The notes below the pieces were generated by a model. The model saw only the letters and a program-made list of their open reading frames with translations. It made no database searches and had not been told where the DNA came from. DNA of 48,192 nt, from positions 1 to 48,192 of the forward strand of contig JAICJP010000001.1 of NCBI GenBank assembly GCA_025928375.1. The letters are read 5' to 3'. This document shows positions 1 to 8,605 of this stretch, piece after piece. Each line of letters starts with the position of its first letter. Position 1 is the first letter of the stretch. The translations under genes and the position numbers were made by a program. The stretch comes from Candidatus Sulfotelmatobacter sp. Its GTDB lineage: Bacteria > Acidobacteriota > Terriglobia > Terriglobales > Acidobacteriaceae.

Positions 1-813
1 CGCGAGATATACATTCACGAACTATTTCGCTTGCGGCAGCGCCGGGGTGTGACCCTGCAAGAAGCAACTACGCTGATCGACAACCGCAACGTCTTTGGCT
101 CGATGATGGTTCACATGGGAGATGCAGACGCGCTGGTTTCCGGGGTGACGCAGCACTTCCCGGATACGATTCGTCCGGCCCTGCAGATCGTGCGCATGCG
201 GGAAGGACTGCATCGCGTTTCGGGGTGCTATGTGGTTATCACGCGCAAAGGGGAGGTCTTCTTCTTGTCCGATACCAGCGTCAACATAGAGCCGACAGCA
301 GAAGATCTGGTCGAAATCGCGCTCTGTACGGCGCATATGGCACGGCGATTCGATCTTGTTCCCCGCGTGGCACTGCTTTCCTTCTCCAGTTTCGGTGCGG
401 TGGATCATCCCATTTGCACCAAGGTGCGCAGAGCCGTGGAATTGATCAAATTTGCCGATCCCACGCTGATCGTGGACGGCGAAATCATGGCGGATGAAGC
501 CCTCTCTCCGGAGATTATCGAGCAGCACTATCCTTTCAGTTCGCTGAAGGGCGGGGCCAATGTCCTGATTTTCCCCGATCTGGCTTCGGCCAACATTGCC
601 TGCAAGCTGGCGGCAAAGATAGGTGGCGGAGAGCTGATCGGGCCAATCCTTATGGGCATGAGCCGTCCGGTGCACGTATTGCAGCGTACCGCGAGCGTCG
701 AAGAGATCGTAAACGTCGCCGCCATCGCGGTCGTGGATGCGCAGGAAAATGATACCTACACGCATCCGCGAGGCCACGTGGCGCTTGAGCCGGAACTGGT
801 GGGAGAGGACTGA
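1..813 (+). CDS. maeB: NADP-dependent malic enzyme, C-terminal phosphotransacetylase-like domain (5' end outside window)
   Basis: Frame 1 is open from nt 1 to TGA at 811-813. Translation contains PTA/MaeB-type segments (GDADALVSG, LSFSSFG, DGEIMADEAL, ANVLIFPDLASANIACKL). Confidence 0.75.
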   Translation, partial: REIYIHELFRLRQRRGVTLQEATTLIDNRNVFGSMMVHMGDADALVSGVTQHFPDTIRPALQIVRMREGLHRVSGCYVVITRKGEVFFLSDTSVNIEPTAEDLVEIALCTAHMARRFDLVPRVALLSFSSFGAVDHPICTKVRRAVELIKFADPTLIVDGEIMADEALSPEIIEQHYPFSSLKGGANVLIFPDLASANIACKLAAKIGGGELIGPILMGMSRPVHVLQRTASVEEIVNVAAIAVVDAQENDTYTHPRGHVALEPELVGED

Positions 814-820
814 AGGGCGG

Positions 821-861
821 TTTCGGGTTTCGAGTTTCAGAGCCATAACTCGAACCCGAAA
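821..861. repeat. REP-like imperfect palindrome built from GTTTCG-type units
   Basis: tttcgggtttcgagtt (821-836) pairs with aactcgaacccgaaa (847-861): 15 bp with one bulge and a 10-nt loop. It lies in the maeB/aminotransferase intergenic gap. Confidence 0.6.
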
Positions 862-945
862 TTGAGACTTGAGATTAACTCAGAAGCACGTGTCCGGAGT
901 TTCGCATCTAACGTTCAGAAGTGGCGTGGTGTCGAGGAGAATCGA

Positions 946-2193
946 ATGTCTACGCTTTGGAAGTCGCGTTACGCGCAGCGCACCCTGGGCATCAAGAGTT
1001 CCGCCATCCGGGAGCTTCTCAAAGTTACTCAGAAGCCGGAGATCATTTCTTTTGGCGGCGGCCTTCCCGCCCCCGATGTCTTCCCGGTGCAGCGTTTCAA
1101 CGAAGCCTGCCACAAAGTCCTGTCTGAACATGGACCGCAAGCCCTTCAGTACGGCACGACGGAAGGTTACCAGCCCTTACGCGAGATGATCGCTCGTAAT
1201 CTTGCCCGTTACGGCATCGTGGCCAGCGCCGATAACGTGCTGATTACTTCCGGGTCGCAGCAGGCACTGGATCTGATCGGCAAACTGCTGATTAACCGGG
1301 GAGATCGCATCCTGGTCGAAGCGCCCACTTACCTCGGCGCACTGCAGGCATTCAATGTCTACGGAGCCCAGTACGTTTCCGTGCCGGTGGACGAAGATGG
1401 ACTTCTGACGGAGCAGCTGGATTCCAGCCTGCGAGCCGGTCCGAAGTTCATGTACGTGCTACCCAATTTCCAGAATCCGGCGGGCGTGACGCTGTCGGAG
1501 GGCCGCCGGCACCAGCTGATCTTGTTGGCCGATAAGTACGGGATTCCCATCATCGAAGACGATCCTTATGGGCAGTTGCGCTATGAAGGCGAACACATCT
1601 CGCCCCTGGTGGTGCTGGATCGCGAGAACGTTCGTCGCGATAACGGGTTCACGCTGGGAAACGTTATCTACCTGAGCACGTTTTCCAAGACACTGGCGCC
1701 CGGCATTCGCCTGGCCTGGATCGTGGCTCCGGAAGATGTCATCAGCAAACTGGTTCAACTCAAGCAGGCCGCTGACCTGCATACTTCCACCTTCAATCAA
1801 TATGTGGCATTCGAAGTTGCGCGGGATGGCTTCCTCGACCAGCATGTCAAGCTGATTCGCCAGGTTTACCGCGAGCGGCGCGATGCCATGCTGCATGCAT
1901 TGCAGGAGTATTTCCCTTCGGAAGTCACCTGGACTCATCCTAAGGGGGGTCTTTTCTTGTGGGTGACCATGCCTGAGGGAACGGACTCGCAGGCGCTTCT
2001 GCGAGCGGCGCTGGCCGAGAACGTTGCCTTCGTTCCCGGGGACAGCTTCTACCCGGCGAATGGCAATGGCTCTGACGGGGGCCGGCACATGCGATTGAAT
2101 TTCTCCCATTCGCAGCCGGAGCAGATTCGTGAGGGCATCCGCCGGCTCTCGGTCGCGGTGAAGATGCAGCTGCGCAATCACGTGCTTCGCTAA
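946..2193 (+). CDS. PLP-dependent aminotransferase, class I/II (2-aminoadipate/aromatic aminotransferase-like)
   Basis: ATG at 946 is preceded by GAGGAGA (934-940). Motifs SSAIRELLK, ITSGSQQALDL, PNFQNPAGV and STFSKTLAPGIRLAW (PLP-lysine region) are present. The ORF-track start at 862 is probably too early. Confidence 0.85.
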   Translation: MSTLWKSRYAQRTLGIKSSAIRELLKVTQKPEIISFGGGLPAPDVFPVQRFNEACHKVLSEHGPQALQYGTTEGYQPLREMIARNLARYGIVASADNVLITSGSQQALDLIGKLLINRGDRILVEAPTYLGALQAFNVYGAQYVSVPVDEDGLLTEQLDSSLRAGPKFMYVLPNFQNPAGVTLSEGRRHQLILLADKYGIPIIEDDPYGQLRYEGEHISPLVVLDRENVRRDNGFTLGNVIYLSTFSKTLAPGIRLAWIVAPEDVISKLVQLKQAADLHTSTFNQYVAFEVARDGFLDQHVKLIRQVYRERRDAMLHALQEYFPSEVTWTHPKGGLFLWVTMPEGTDSQALLRAALAENVAFVPGDSFYPANGNGSDGGRHMRLNFSHSQPEQIREGIRRLSVAVKMQLRNHVLR

Positions 2194-2215
2194 CGTTCAG
2201 GCATGCATTGGTCTC

Positions 2216-2250
2216 GGGGCGGACCAATGGGTCCGCCCCTACGTATTTCA
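2216..2250 (+). terminator. Hairpin terminator candidate after the aminotransferase
   Basis: GGGGCGGACC-aatg-GGTCCGCCCC forms a perfect 10-bp stem at 2216-2239, followed by tacgtatttca (weak U tract). Confidence 0.5.
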
Positions 2251-2377
2251 TCCATGTGATCGCAATCACTTGTTGCCGTGATGCAGGCTATCGCCCGGCA
2301 GGTCAGGCCTCGCCACACTTGGGTTAGAGGCCGCGTGGATCGCTCATGTAAGCCAACCGCGCGCCGGAGGTGGTCCC

Positions 2378-2950
2378 ATGACAGTCACCGTTCTGAGTAT
2401 CATCATCGCCGTTATTGTGTTGGCCTGTGGGCTGTTTGTATTACGGGCGGTGCCGGGGCTGCGTACGTATTTTCGTCTTCGCGGTGACCGCCTCATAACC
2501 TGCCCGGAAAGCCACACGGCGGAGGCGGTGCAGGTAGCCGCGGGAGAGGCAGCGTTGGGTACTTTTTTCAATGAGCCCACGCTGCAGCTGAAACAATGCT
2601 CGCGCTGGCCCGAGCGTGAAAACTGCGGGCAGGATTGCTTACAGCAAATCGAGGCAGACTCACAGAACTGCCTGGTGTGGAATATCGTTTCGAAGTGGTA
2701 CGAGGGCAAGAGCTGCGTGTTCTGCGGCAAGCCGATGGGCGGCCTGCATCAATGGGATCACGCGCCTGCGTTGCTGGGTCCGGATTTCAAGACGACGGAA
2801 TGGAAAGAGCTAAGCCCGGAAAAGCTGCCGGAGATTTTTTCCACTCACCAGCCGGTCTGCTGGAACTGCCACGTAAGCGAAAGTTTCCGCCGTCTGCACC
2901 CGGAACTGGTGACCGACCGGCCAGCCGAGATAGGCCGCAGAGCGTGGTAG
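2378..2950 (+). CDS. Hypothetical membrane-anchored cysteine-rich protein
   Basis: GGAGG (2366-2370) precedes ATG 2378. There is an N-terminal TM helix (VLSIIIAVIVLACGLFVL) and two CxxC pairs (CVFCG, CWNCH) plus additional Cys. Confidence 0.65.
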   Translation: MTVTVLSIIIAVIVLACGLFVLRAVPGLRTYFRLRGDRLITCPESHTAEAVQVAAGEAALGTFFNEPTLQLKQCSRWPERENCGQDCLQQIEADSQNCLVWNIVSKWYEGKSCVFCGKPMGGLHQWDHAPALLGPDFKTTEWKELSPEKLPEIFSTHQPVCWNCHVSESFRRLHPELVTDRPAEIGRRAW

Positions 2951-3039
2951 AAGTTTCAAGTTTCGGTTTCCAGTTTCAAGGCTCTGCGGAGCCCCTCGGC
3001 TGCCCCGCCCACTCGAAACTGAAACTCGAAACTGATTTC
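2950..3039. repeat. REP-like long imperfect palindrome of tandem GTTTC(A/G)(A/G) units
   Basis: gaagtttcaagtttcggtttccagtttcaagg lies opposite ctcgaaactgaaactcgaaactgatttc. It sits between convergent genes 2378-2950(+) and 3039-3875(-), and uses the same unit as the 821-861 element. Confidence 0.6.
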
Positions 3040-3875
3040 TACTGACTCGGGCTGCCCTTGGATTTACCAGAAAGTTTGCGGTGAATGTCGGGCCAGAATT
3101 CCTTGATCACGATCGTAACCGTGTCGAAGGCGACCTGCGATCCCCATACATTGGCGGTGTTGGCCAGGGTCCTATCTGACGGGATATAGCGTGGGCCGCT
3201 GGGAGAACGGAGTGTGGTGCTGCGGGGGTGATAGCTGTAGGTGGAAATCGCAGCCGATAACGCGCTGCCCACCACCTCGGAATAGTTGAACGCCGTACCG
3301 CCCGAGTCGGTGCGCGTCAGAAAAATACGGCTTACCGCGTAGCCGGCTTTATGCGTGAAGCCTCCCGCCTCCGAGTGATAGAACCTTGGATCCTGGTGAA
3401 GAATGGATGGCAGGATCGCACTGGTGATGAAGTTTTCGATGGTGCCATCGGCAAATGAGGTCGCGTAACGTTTTCCGTAAGCCCCCCACCCTTGACCGTA
3501 AGCGGGTTCGGCATCGTCCGCCTGATTGATCGCCGACAGAAGTCCGTACCAGGGGTACTCGATGTAGTCGAAAGCACCCCGCGTGACTACTTTGAATTTC
3601 TCTTTGCTGCTGAGCGGGGGGATCTTACCTGTGTTTTCCAGGCTGAGGAAGTTGGGCAGGGCATAAAAAAGCCTGTCGTTCGAAGTGCCTTTGGGGGCGG
3701 GTTTGCCTGTGCCGTTGGCTTCTTCCGGCTTGCCGGGAGCCTGCTGAGTCTGTTGTTGAACGGACGGCGAAGACGTTGCGGGCGGTGGTGTCGGCGAATC
3801 CTGCGCCCGACCGAGCGGCAGCATGTTCGCCAGTAACAGACCGGCGACTGAATAAGCAAACCGTACTTTGGACAA
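3039..3875 (-). CDS. Hypothetical secreted protein
   Basis: 278-aa ORF with a TTG start. It has a signal-peptide-like N-terminus (VAGLLLANMLPLGRAQD) followed by a low-complexity P/S/Q linker. Confidence 0.6.
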   Translation of the reverse strand: MSKVRFAYSVAGLLLANMLPLGRAQDSPTPPPATSSPSVQQQTQQAPGKPEEANGTGKPAPKGTSNDRLFYALPNFLSLENTGKIPPLSSKEKFKVVTRGAFDYIEYPWYGLLSAINQADDAEPAYGQGWGAYGKRYATSFADGTIENFITSAILPSILHQDPRFYHSEAGGFTHKAGYAVSRIFLTRTDSGGTAFNYSEVVGSALSAAISTYSYHPRSTTLRSPSGPRYIPSDRTLANTANVWGSQVAFDTVTIVIKEFWPDIHRKLSGKSKGSPSQ

Positions 3876-4131
3876 GCATTTCCCCCAGATTAACTTAAAC
3901 GCGCCAACTGTGAAGGTGGTTCTAATTCTAACAATGTTCGGCCAGCTTTATGTCTTCACAATTCGTTACGTCGGTTTAGGAACGTTAAGCAGCGAACTCT
4001 CATACTTTCCCGCTTCGAACCCGCCACACAACATGTATGCGGTTCTCCGCTGCGTGCTGGCCTGTGGCACGTTAGTATAGGAAGCTACAGTAACGCGAGA
4101 GCGCATTCGCATCATCCTATTCGAGGTACTC

Positions 4132-4383
4132 ATGGCAGAACCAAGCTACGAAGAACTAAAAGCTAAGCTGGCTCAACTGGAAAAAGAAGTCGAAGTCAAA
4201 AAGCGGAGTGGCGACCTGATTTTCAAAGTCGGAGAAAAAGGTGGAGTGAGCGTCTACGGACTCGGCCGCTTCCCAGTGACGCTTTATTACGAACAATGGA
4301 ATCGTCTGCTGGGGGCAGCTGACGAGATCAAGGCCTTCCTGGAAGAAAACAAGTCCAAGCTCAAACTAAAAGACCAAGCATAG
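4132..4383 (+). CDS. Small hypothetical protein (83 aa)
   Basis: ATG-initiated ORF with a balanced, non-Arg-rich composition and a coiled-coil-like N-terminus. No recognisable family. Confidence 0.5.
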   Translation: MAEPSYEELKAKLAQLEKEVEVKKRSGDLIFKVGEKGGVSVYGLGRFPVTLYYEQWNRLLGAADEIKAFLEENKSKLKLKDQA

Positions 4384-4508
4384 TGCGAGAGACTCGGGCT
4401 TGAGCCTCGCCTGGCTTCCGCTGTTTCCTTTTCGCCCGCCGCGGAAAGAGGTACAATCTCGGGCATCTTGGGGCTGCCGCCATGAGAGGCTGGCAGATTG
4501 GGTGTCGG

Positions 4509-5264
4509 ATGAGCACTGCGGTTGCGCCGCCACGTACGTTTGTAAAGCCGGTGTCCACTCTTCCCGGAAGGCGTTTTGACCACATCTTTTTCTCCTCGAC
4601 AGCACTGTTGATGCTGGCCACGGTGTTCGTGGGATTCGGTCCCAGTTATTACCTGGCCGGCATCTTCAAGGCGCCCCTGCCCAGCACCATCATCCATATT
4701 CACGGCGCCGTCTTTTCGAGTTGGATCCTGCTGCTGGTGACGCAAACGTCGCTGGTAGCAACCCATCGGGTGGACATTCATAAGAAGCTTGGTATTGCCG
4801 CATTTCTGTTGGCGTGCAGTATGGTCGTGATCGGAGTCATGGCGGCGACGGACAGGTTGGCGCGCGGAACTGCCCCGGGCAACTTTGATCCGTATTTCTT
4901 CTATATCATTCCACTCACGGATATGTTGATCTTCGGTACCTTGATCGCATTCGCATTCCGTTTGCGTTTCGATTCCGCGGCCCACAAACGCCTCATCTAT
5001 ATTGCCAATACCGCACTGCTGATCGCGGCCTTTGCGCGCTGGCCGTGGCACATCATTCACAGGAACGCGCCACGAGCGGCCATTGCCACCTATGCGTTCT
5101 TGCTTCTCCTGCTCGCCTATGATCTCTGGTGCACTCGTAAGGTGCACCGCGCGACCGTCTGGGGCTGCGCGTTTCTGATTCTTGTGCAGCAAATCAGGAT
5201 TCCGATTGGAAAGACAGCGGCGTGGCACTCGTTGGCTATGTGGATTCAGCAAATCGCGCGCTGA
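4509..5264 (+). CDS. Hypothetical integral membrane protein (about 6-7 TM)
   Basis: Multiple hydrophobic helices are present. The ATG at 4509 (MSTAVAPP) is preferred over the ORF-track start at 4482. Confidence 0.6.
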   Translation: MSTAVAPPRTFVKPVSTLPGRRFDHIFFSSTALLMLATVFVGFGPSYYLAGIFKAPLPSTIIHIHGAVFSSWILLLVTQTSLVATHRVDIHKKLGIAAFLLACSMVVIGVMAATDRLARGTAPGNFDPYFFYIIPLTDMLIFGTLIAFAFRLRFDSAAHKRLIYIANTALLIAAFARWPWHIIHRNAPRAAIATYAFLLLLLAYDLWCTRKVHRATVWGCAFLILVQQIRIPIGKTAAWHSLAMWIQQIAR

Positions 5265-5422
5265 AAGTTGTCCAGATTCCCCTCTGAAATTTGCTGATCG
5301 GATGCTCCAGTGCGTAAATCGTGAGCGCGCGCGGCAGATTTCATTTGTTCATTTTCCCTCCTTGCATTTATTCTGTGGCGTCGTCGTAGCTGTAATCCGC
5401 TCCACCCCTATGTCTGCGAAAT

Positions 5423-6694
5423 GTGCCCATGGTGAGGTTTCTGAGGCGCTGGAAAACCCGGATCCTGCTGTTCTTCGCCGTCGTGGGCCCGGGCTTCATC
5501 ACTGCGAACGTCGACAATGATGCCGGCGGCATCCTGACCTATTCTCAGGCCGGAGCGCAGTTCGGACATCTTCTTCTCTGGACCATGATTCCGATTACGA
5601 TCGCTCTGATCGTAATTCAGGAGATGTGCGCCCGCATGGGTGCGGTGACGGGCAAGGGGCTTAGTGATCTCATCCGGGAAGAGTTCGGGTTGCGCATCAC
5701 GTTTTTCATGATGCTGGGCATCCTGGTGATCAACTTCGGCAACGTTGTGACCGAATTTATCGGGATCGCCACCAGCCTGGAGCTTTTTGGCCTGCCGCGC
5801 GTGTACACCGTTCCCATCTGCGGTGTCATTGTCTGGTTCATTGTCGTAAAGGGGCAGTACAAGACGGTGGAGAAAGTTTTCCTGGCGGCCTCTTTCTTCT
5901 ACGTTACTTACATTCTGGCAGGTATCCTGGCGCATCCCTTCTGGAAGGATGCGACGATTGCAACCTTCAAGCCTCCCGACCCGCATGCTTTTCGCGATCA
6001 GACCTACCTGTTCATGGTCATCGGCGTCGTGGGCACGACGATCGCTCCCTGGATGCAGTTTTACCTGCAGTCTTCCATCGTGGAGAAGGGAATCACGCGG
6101 CGGCAGTACCGGGCATCCATGCTGGATGTTGTGACTGGCTGCATGTTCACCGACGTGGTGGCCTGGTTCATTATTGTGGCTTGTGCCGCAACTCTCTACA
6201 TGCATGGCTTTCGGGATATCAAGTATGCTGCCGATGCCGCACAAGCGCTCAAGCCTCTGGCCGGCGATTACGCCTACATCCTGTTTGCCGTGGGGTTGTT
6301 CAATGCCTCGTTGTTCGCGGCGTCCATTCTGCCGCTCTCCACGGCTTACACCGTTTGCGAAGGGCTGGGTTTTGAATCCGGAGTCGGCCGGAGGTTCGGG
6401 GAGGCGCCATTCTTTTATTGGCTCTATACCTTCCTCATTGCTGCGGGAGGAGTCTTAGTCCTCCTCATCCCCTCGGACCGCCTGGTGAATATCGTTCTCT
6501 GGTCGCAGGTACTGAATGGAGTTGTGCTGCCATTTGTGCTTGTGTTCATGCTCCTGCTGATCAACAAGAAGGAGTTGATGGGCGAATACACGAACACGCG
6601 TCTGTTTAATGTCATCGCGTGGGCGACCACGGCTATTGTGGTTGCCTTATCGCTGGCCTGGATGTATGCGTCGGCGACCGGCAAGGGCGGCTAG
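5423..6694 (+). CDS. mntH: Nramp-family divalent metal (Mn2+/Fe2+) transporter
   Basis: GPGFITANVDNDAGG and QEMCARMGAVTGKGL motifs plus about 11 TM segments. Start is GTG 5423 or ATG 5429. Confidence 0.9.
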   Translation: MPMVRFLRRWKTRILLFFAVVGPGFITANVDNDAGGILTYSQAGAQFGHLLLWTMIPITIALIVIQEMCARMGAVTGKGLSDLIREEFGLRITFFMMLGILVINFGNVVTEFIGIATSLELFGLPRVYTVPICGVIVWFIVVKGQYKTVEKVFLAASFFYVTYILAGILAHPFWKDATIATFKPPDPHAFRDQTYLFMVIGVVGTTIAPWMQFYLQSSIVEKGITRRQYRASMLDVVTGCMFTDVVAWFIIVACAATLYMHGFRDIKYAADAAQALKPLAGDYAYILFAVGLFNASLFAASILPLSTAYTVCEGLGFESGVGRRFGEAPFFYWLYTFLIAAGGVLVLLIPSDRLVNIVLWSQVLNGVVLPFVLVFMLLLINKKELMGEYTNTRLFNVIAWATTAIVVALSLAWMYASATGKGG

Positions 6695-6700
6695 TCGGAC

Positions 6701-7093
6701 TCAGAGAAGCTTTCCACGTGCGAGATCATTCACCAGGGTAAGGTCGGCTTCAAGAAAGTCGAACTTGGGAAGTTCGGGCGGATCGGCCCATTGCATATCG
6801 CGGAAGATGCGATTTTCCAGCTCTCCTTTGTATTCCCGAACGATGTAGAAGCGCAGTTCCACCATGCCACCGTTGGGATACTCGTGCCGAACGCGGGCAA
6901 CCTCGTCGCCAATGGTCGCCAGGATCCCGAGTTCCTCTTCCAGTTCGCGGCGCAAGGCGTCACGGGGCTGCTCGCCTTCCTCGATCTTTCCGCCGGGGAA
7001 TTCCCACTTGAGCGGCATCGTCTGATGGCGTGTACGCTGACACACCAAAAGCTTGCCTTCTTGCAGGATGAGGCCCGCCACCACCCGCTTCAT
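6701..7093 (-). CDS. Nudix hydrolase (MutT-like)
   Basis: Nudix box GGKIEEGEQPRDALRRELEEELG. ATG at 7093 overlaps the upstream stop in ATGA. Confidence 0.85.
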   Translation of the reverse strand: MKRVVAGLILQEGKLLVCQRTRHQTMPLKWEFPGGKIEEGEQPRDALRRELEEELGILATIGDEVARVRHEYPNGGMVELRFYIVREYKGELENRIFRDMQWADPPELPKFDFLEADLTLVNDLARGKLL

Positions 7094-7575
7094 GCCTGGA
7101 AGGCTTCCATCTTCCGTCCCACAACTTGAGCGCAATATTGCACCAAAGCTTGATGCTCTGGAGTGAAGGCGGCGGGGAAGTGGCTGTCGATATCGAGTTC
7201 GCCGACGATCTTACCGCGTACGAAAACCGGAACTACGATTTCAGATTTTGTTTCCAGCGAACAGGCGAGGTAACGCGGATCTTTATTTACATCGTCCACG
7301 ACGACCGTCTGCCCGCTGGAAGCTGCTGCACCGCAGATTCCCTGGTTCAAAGGAATGCGCGTGTGCGGCGTCATGGCTCCCTCAAACGCGCCCAGCACAA
7401 GTACGGGCGGTTCCGCACCGGGTTCGAGCAGGTAGAAGCCCACCCAGTTGTACTTCAGCATGCGATCATGAAGTAGTTTCACAACGGACTGCATGAGCTC
7501 CGCAGCGCTTCGGCTGCGTTCAGCCAAGTCGGTGAGTTCGTTGCGGACTTCTTCGATTCGAGCGGCAACCGCCAT
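7090..7575 (-). CDS. GAF-domain protein, free methionine-(R)-sulfoxide reductase-like
   Basis: WVGFYLLE...ICGAAASSGQTVVVDDV...PRYLACS...SEIVVPV...GELDIDS pattern typical of fRMsr/YebR GAF proteins. Confidence 0.75.
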   Translation of the reverse strand: MAVAARIEEVRNELTDLAERSRSAAELMQSVVKLLHDRMLKYNWVGFYLLEPGAEPPVLVLGAFEGAMTPHTRIPLNQGICGAAASSGQTVVVDDVNKDPRYLACSLETKSEIVVPVFVRGKIVGELDIDSHFPAAFTPEHQALVQYCAQVVGRKMEAFQA

Positions 7576-7618
7576 GACCGAGATATTACCTCAGAAAATA
7601 CAATTATCTGCCAAAGGA

Positions 7619-8473
7619 TCAATCCTCGCGTGTAGAGACGTTGCTGGCAACGTCTCTACCTGAGACCGCGGTAATCTGCCGGATTCCTTTGGTGCGGGGA
7701 AACACTTCCGGATGAATGGTCCAAGCCAGGGCATCTAGTCCGTCGAGCAGTACCGGCGCGGGAGTATTCAGAAACTCGTCGCGAATGCAGTACACCCGCC
7801 TCCTTGCCGCAGCGGAAGTGCTTTGCCAGCCACGAGCCGCAATTATCTTTTCCAGCGGAACGCGATCTCCGGCTCCGCACCAGGCGGCCACGATGACCTC
7901 GGGATTCACATCCAGAACTTCGTTGGCTGAAATGGAGCGGCCGCATTCGCCCACGAATGAACCACCAGCGGCCTCCACCAATTCTGCCACCCACGCTTGC
8001 GAGGCGATGATGGGTTTGCCCCATTCTTCACAGAAGACCCTCGGCCTCGACTCGCCGCTCACGCGTTGCCGAACGCCATCGACCCGCGCCTGCATGCCAG
8101 CGATCACATGCTCTCCGCGACCGCCCGCACCAATGGCCCCGGCTATCGTCGCGATATCGGTATAGATGTCGGCCAGTGTCTTTGGCGCAAGACCGAGAAA
8201 GCGAATGCCTGCCTTCAGAATTTCGACCACCGCTTTTTCTTGATAGGGAACGGAGGCAATGACCAGATCGGGTTTTGCCTGCAGGATCTCCGCAGCATCC
8301 GCCGTCCATGAATCAGCGAGGATGACGGGCGCTCGCGCTGCTATTTCGGGCACGACATCCAGGCAGTACCGCGTACACGCGACTACCCGATCCAGTTCCC
8401 CAATGGCCTGAAGGGTGACGGTTGCGCTCGGCTGCAGACAGGCGATCCGCTTCGGGTGCTCCGCCAAGGCCAT
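7619..8473 (-). CDS. Periplasmic-binding-protein type 8 (BtuF/FhuD-like cobalamin or siderophore binding) homolog without an obvious signal peptide
   Basis: RIACLQPSATVTLQAIG, KPDLVIAS and PEVIVAAWCG segments are typical of Peripla_BP_2 proteins. Confidence 0.7.
   Translation of the reverse strand: MALAEHPKRIACLQPSATVTLQAIGELDRVVACTRYCLDVVPEIAARAPVILADSWTADAAEILQAKPDLVIASVPYQEKAVVEILKAGIRFLGLAPKTLADIYTDIATIAGAIGAGGRGEHVIAGMQARVDGVRQRVSGESRPRVFCEEWGKPIIASQAWVAELVEAAGGSFVGECGRSISANEVLDVNPEVIVAAWCGAGDRVPLEKIIAARGWQSTSAAARRRVYCIRDEFLNTPAPVLLDGLDALAWTIHPEVFPRTKGIRQITAVSGRDVASNVSTRED
7632..7659. repeat. Perfect 13-bp inverted repeat
   Basis: gtagagacgttgc-tg-gcaacgtctctac. It lies inside the last 14 codons of the 7619-8473 ORF. 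Confidence 0.8.
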
Positions 8474-8605
8474 ACCGGAATCTTATTCCAAGTCTTGTAC
8501 TTACGAGTGCGGTTGGGCTGGATTCCGGCTGCTTTTGGGTGACAACAGCATCTCTGCTCCTTTCATCCAACTCCTATTCCTCAAAGCAATACTTTAGGAG
8601 GCTGC

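Noticed and set aside
22-846. Long antisense or off-frame ORFs throughout the window, e.g. 22-846(-), 1459-2181(-), 4287-5252(-), 5408-6244(-), 14257-14802(-), 17145-17816(+), 20150-20788(-), 22459-23496(-), 40257-40892(+), 42281-43027(+).
   Set aside because: They overlap confidently identified genes on the other strand or in another frame. They have the Arg/His/Gly-rich composition typical of shadow ORFs in high-GC DNA.
4055-4075. Sigma54-like promoter TGGCACGTTAGTATAG upstream of ORF 4132.
   Set aside because: The -24 GG element is present, but the -12 GC element is missing (TATA instead of TTGC).
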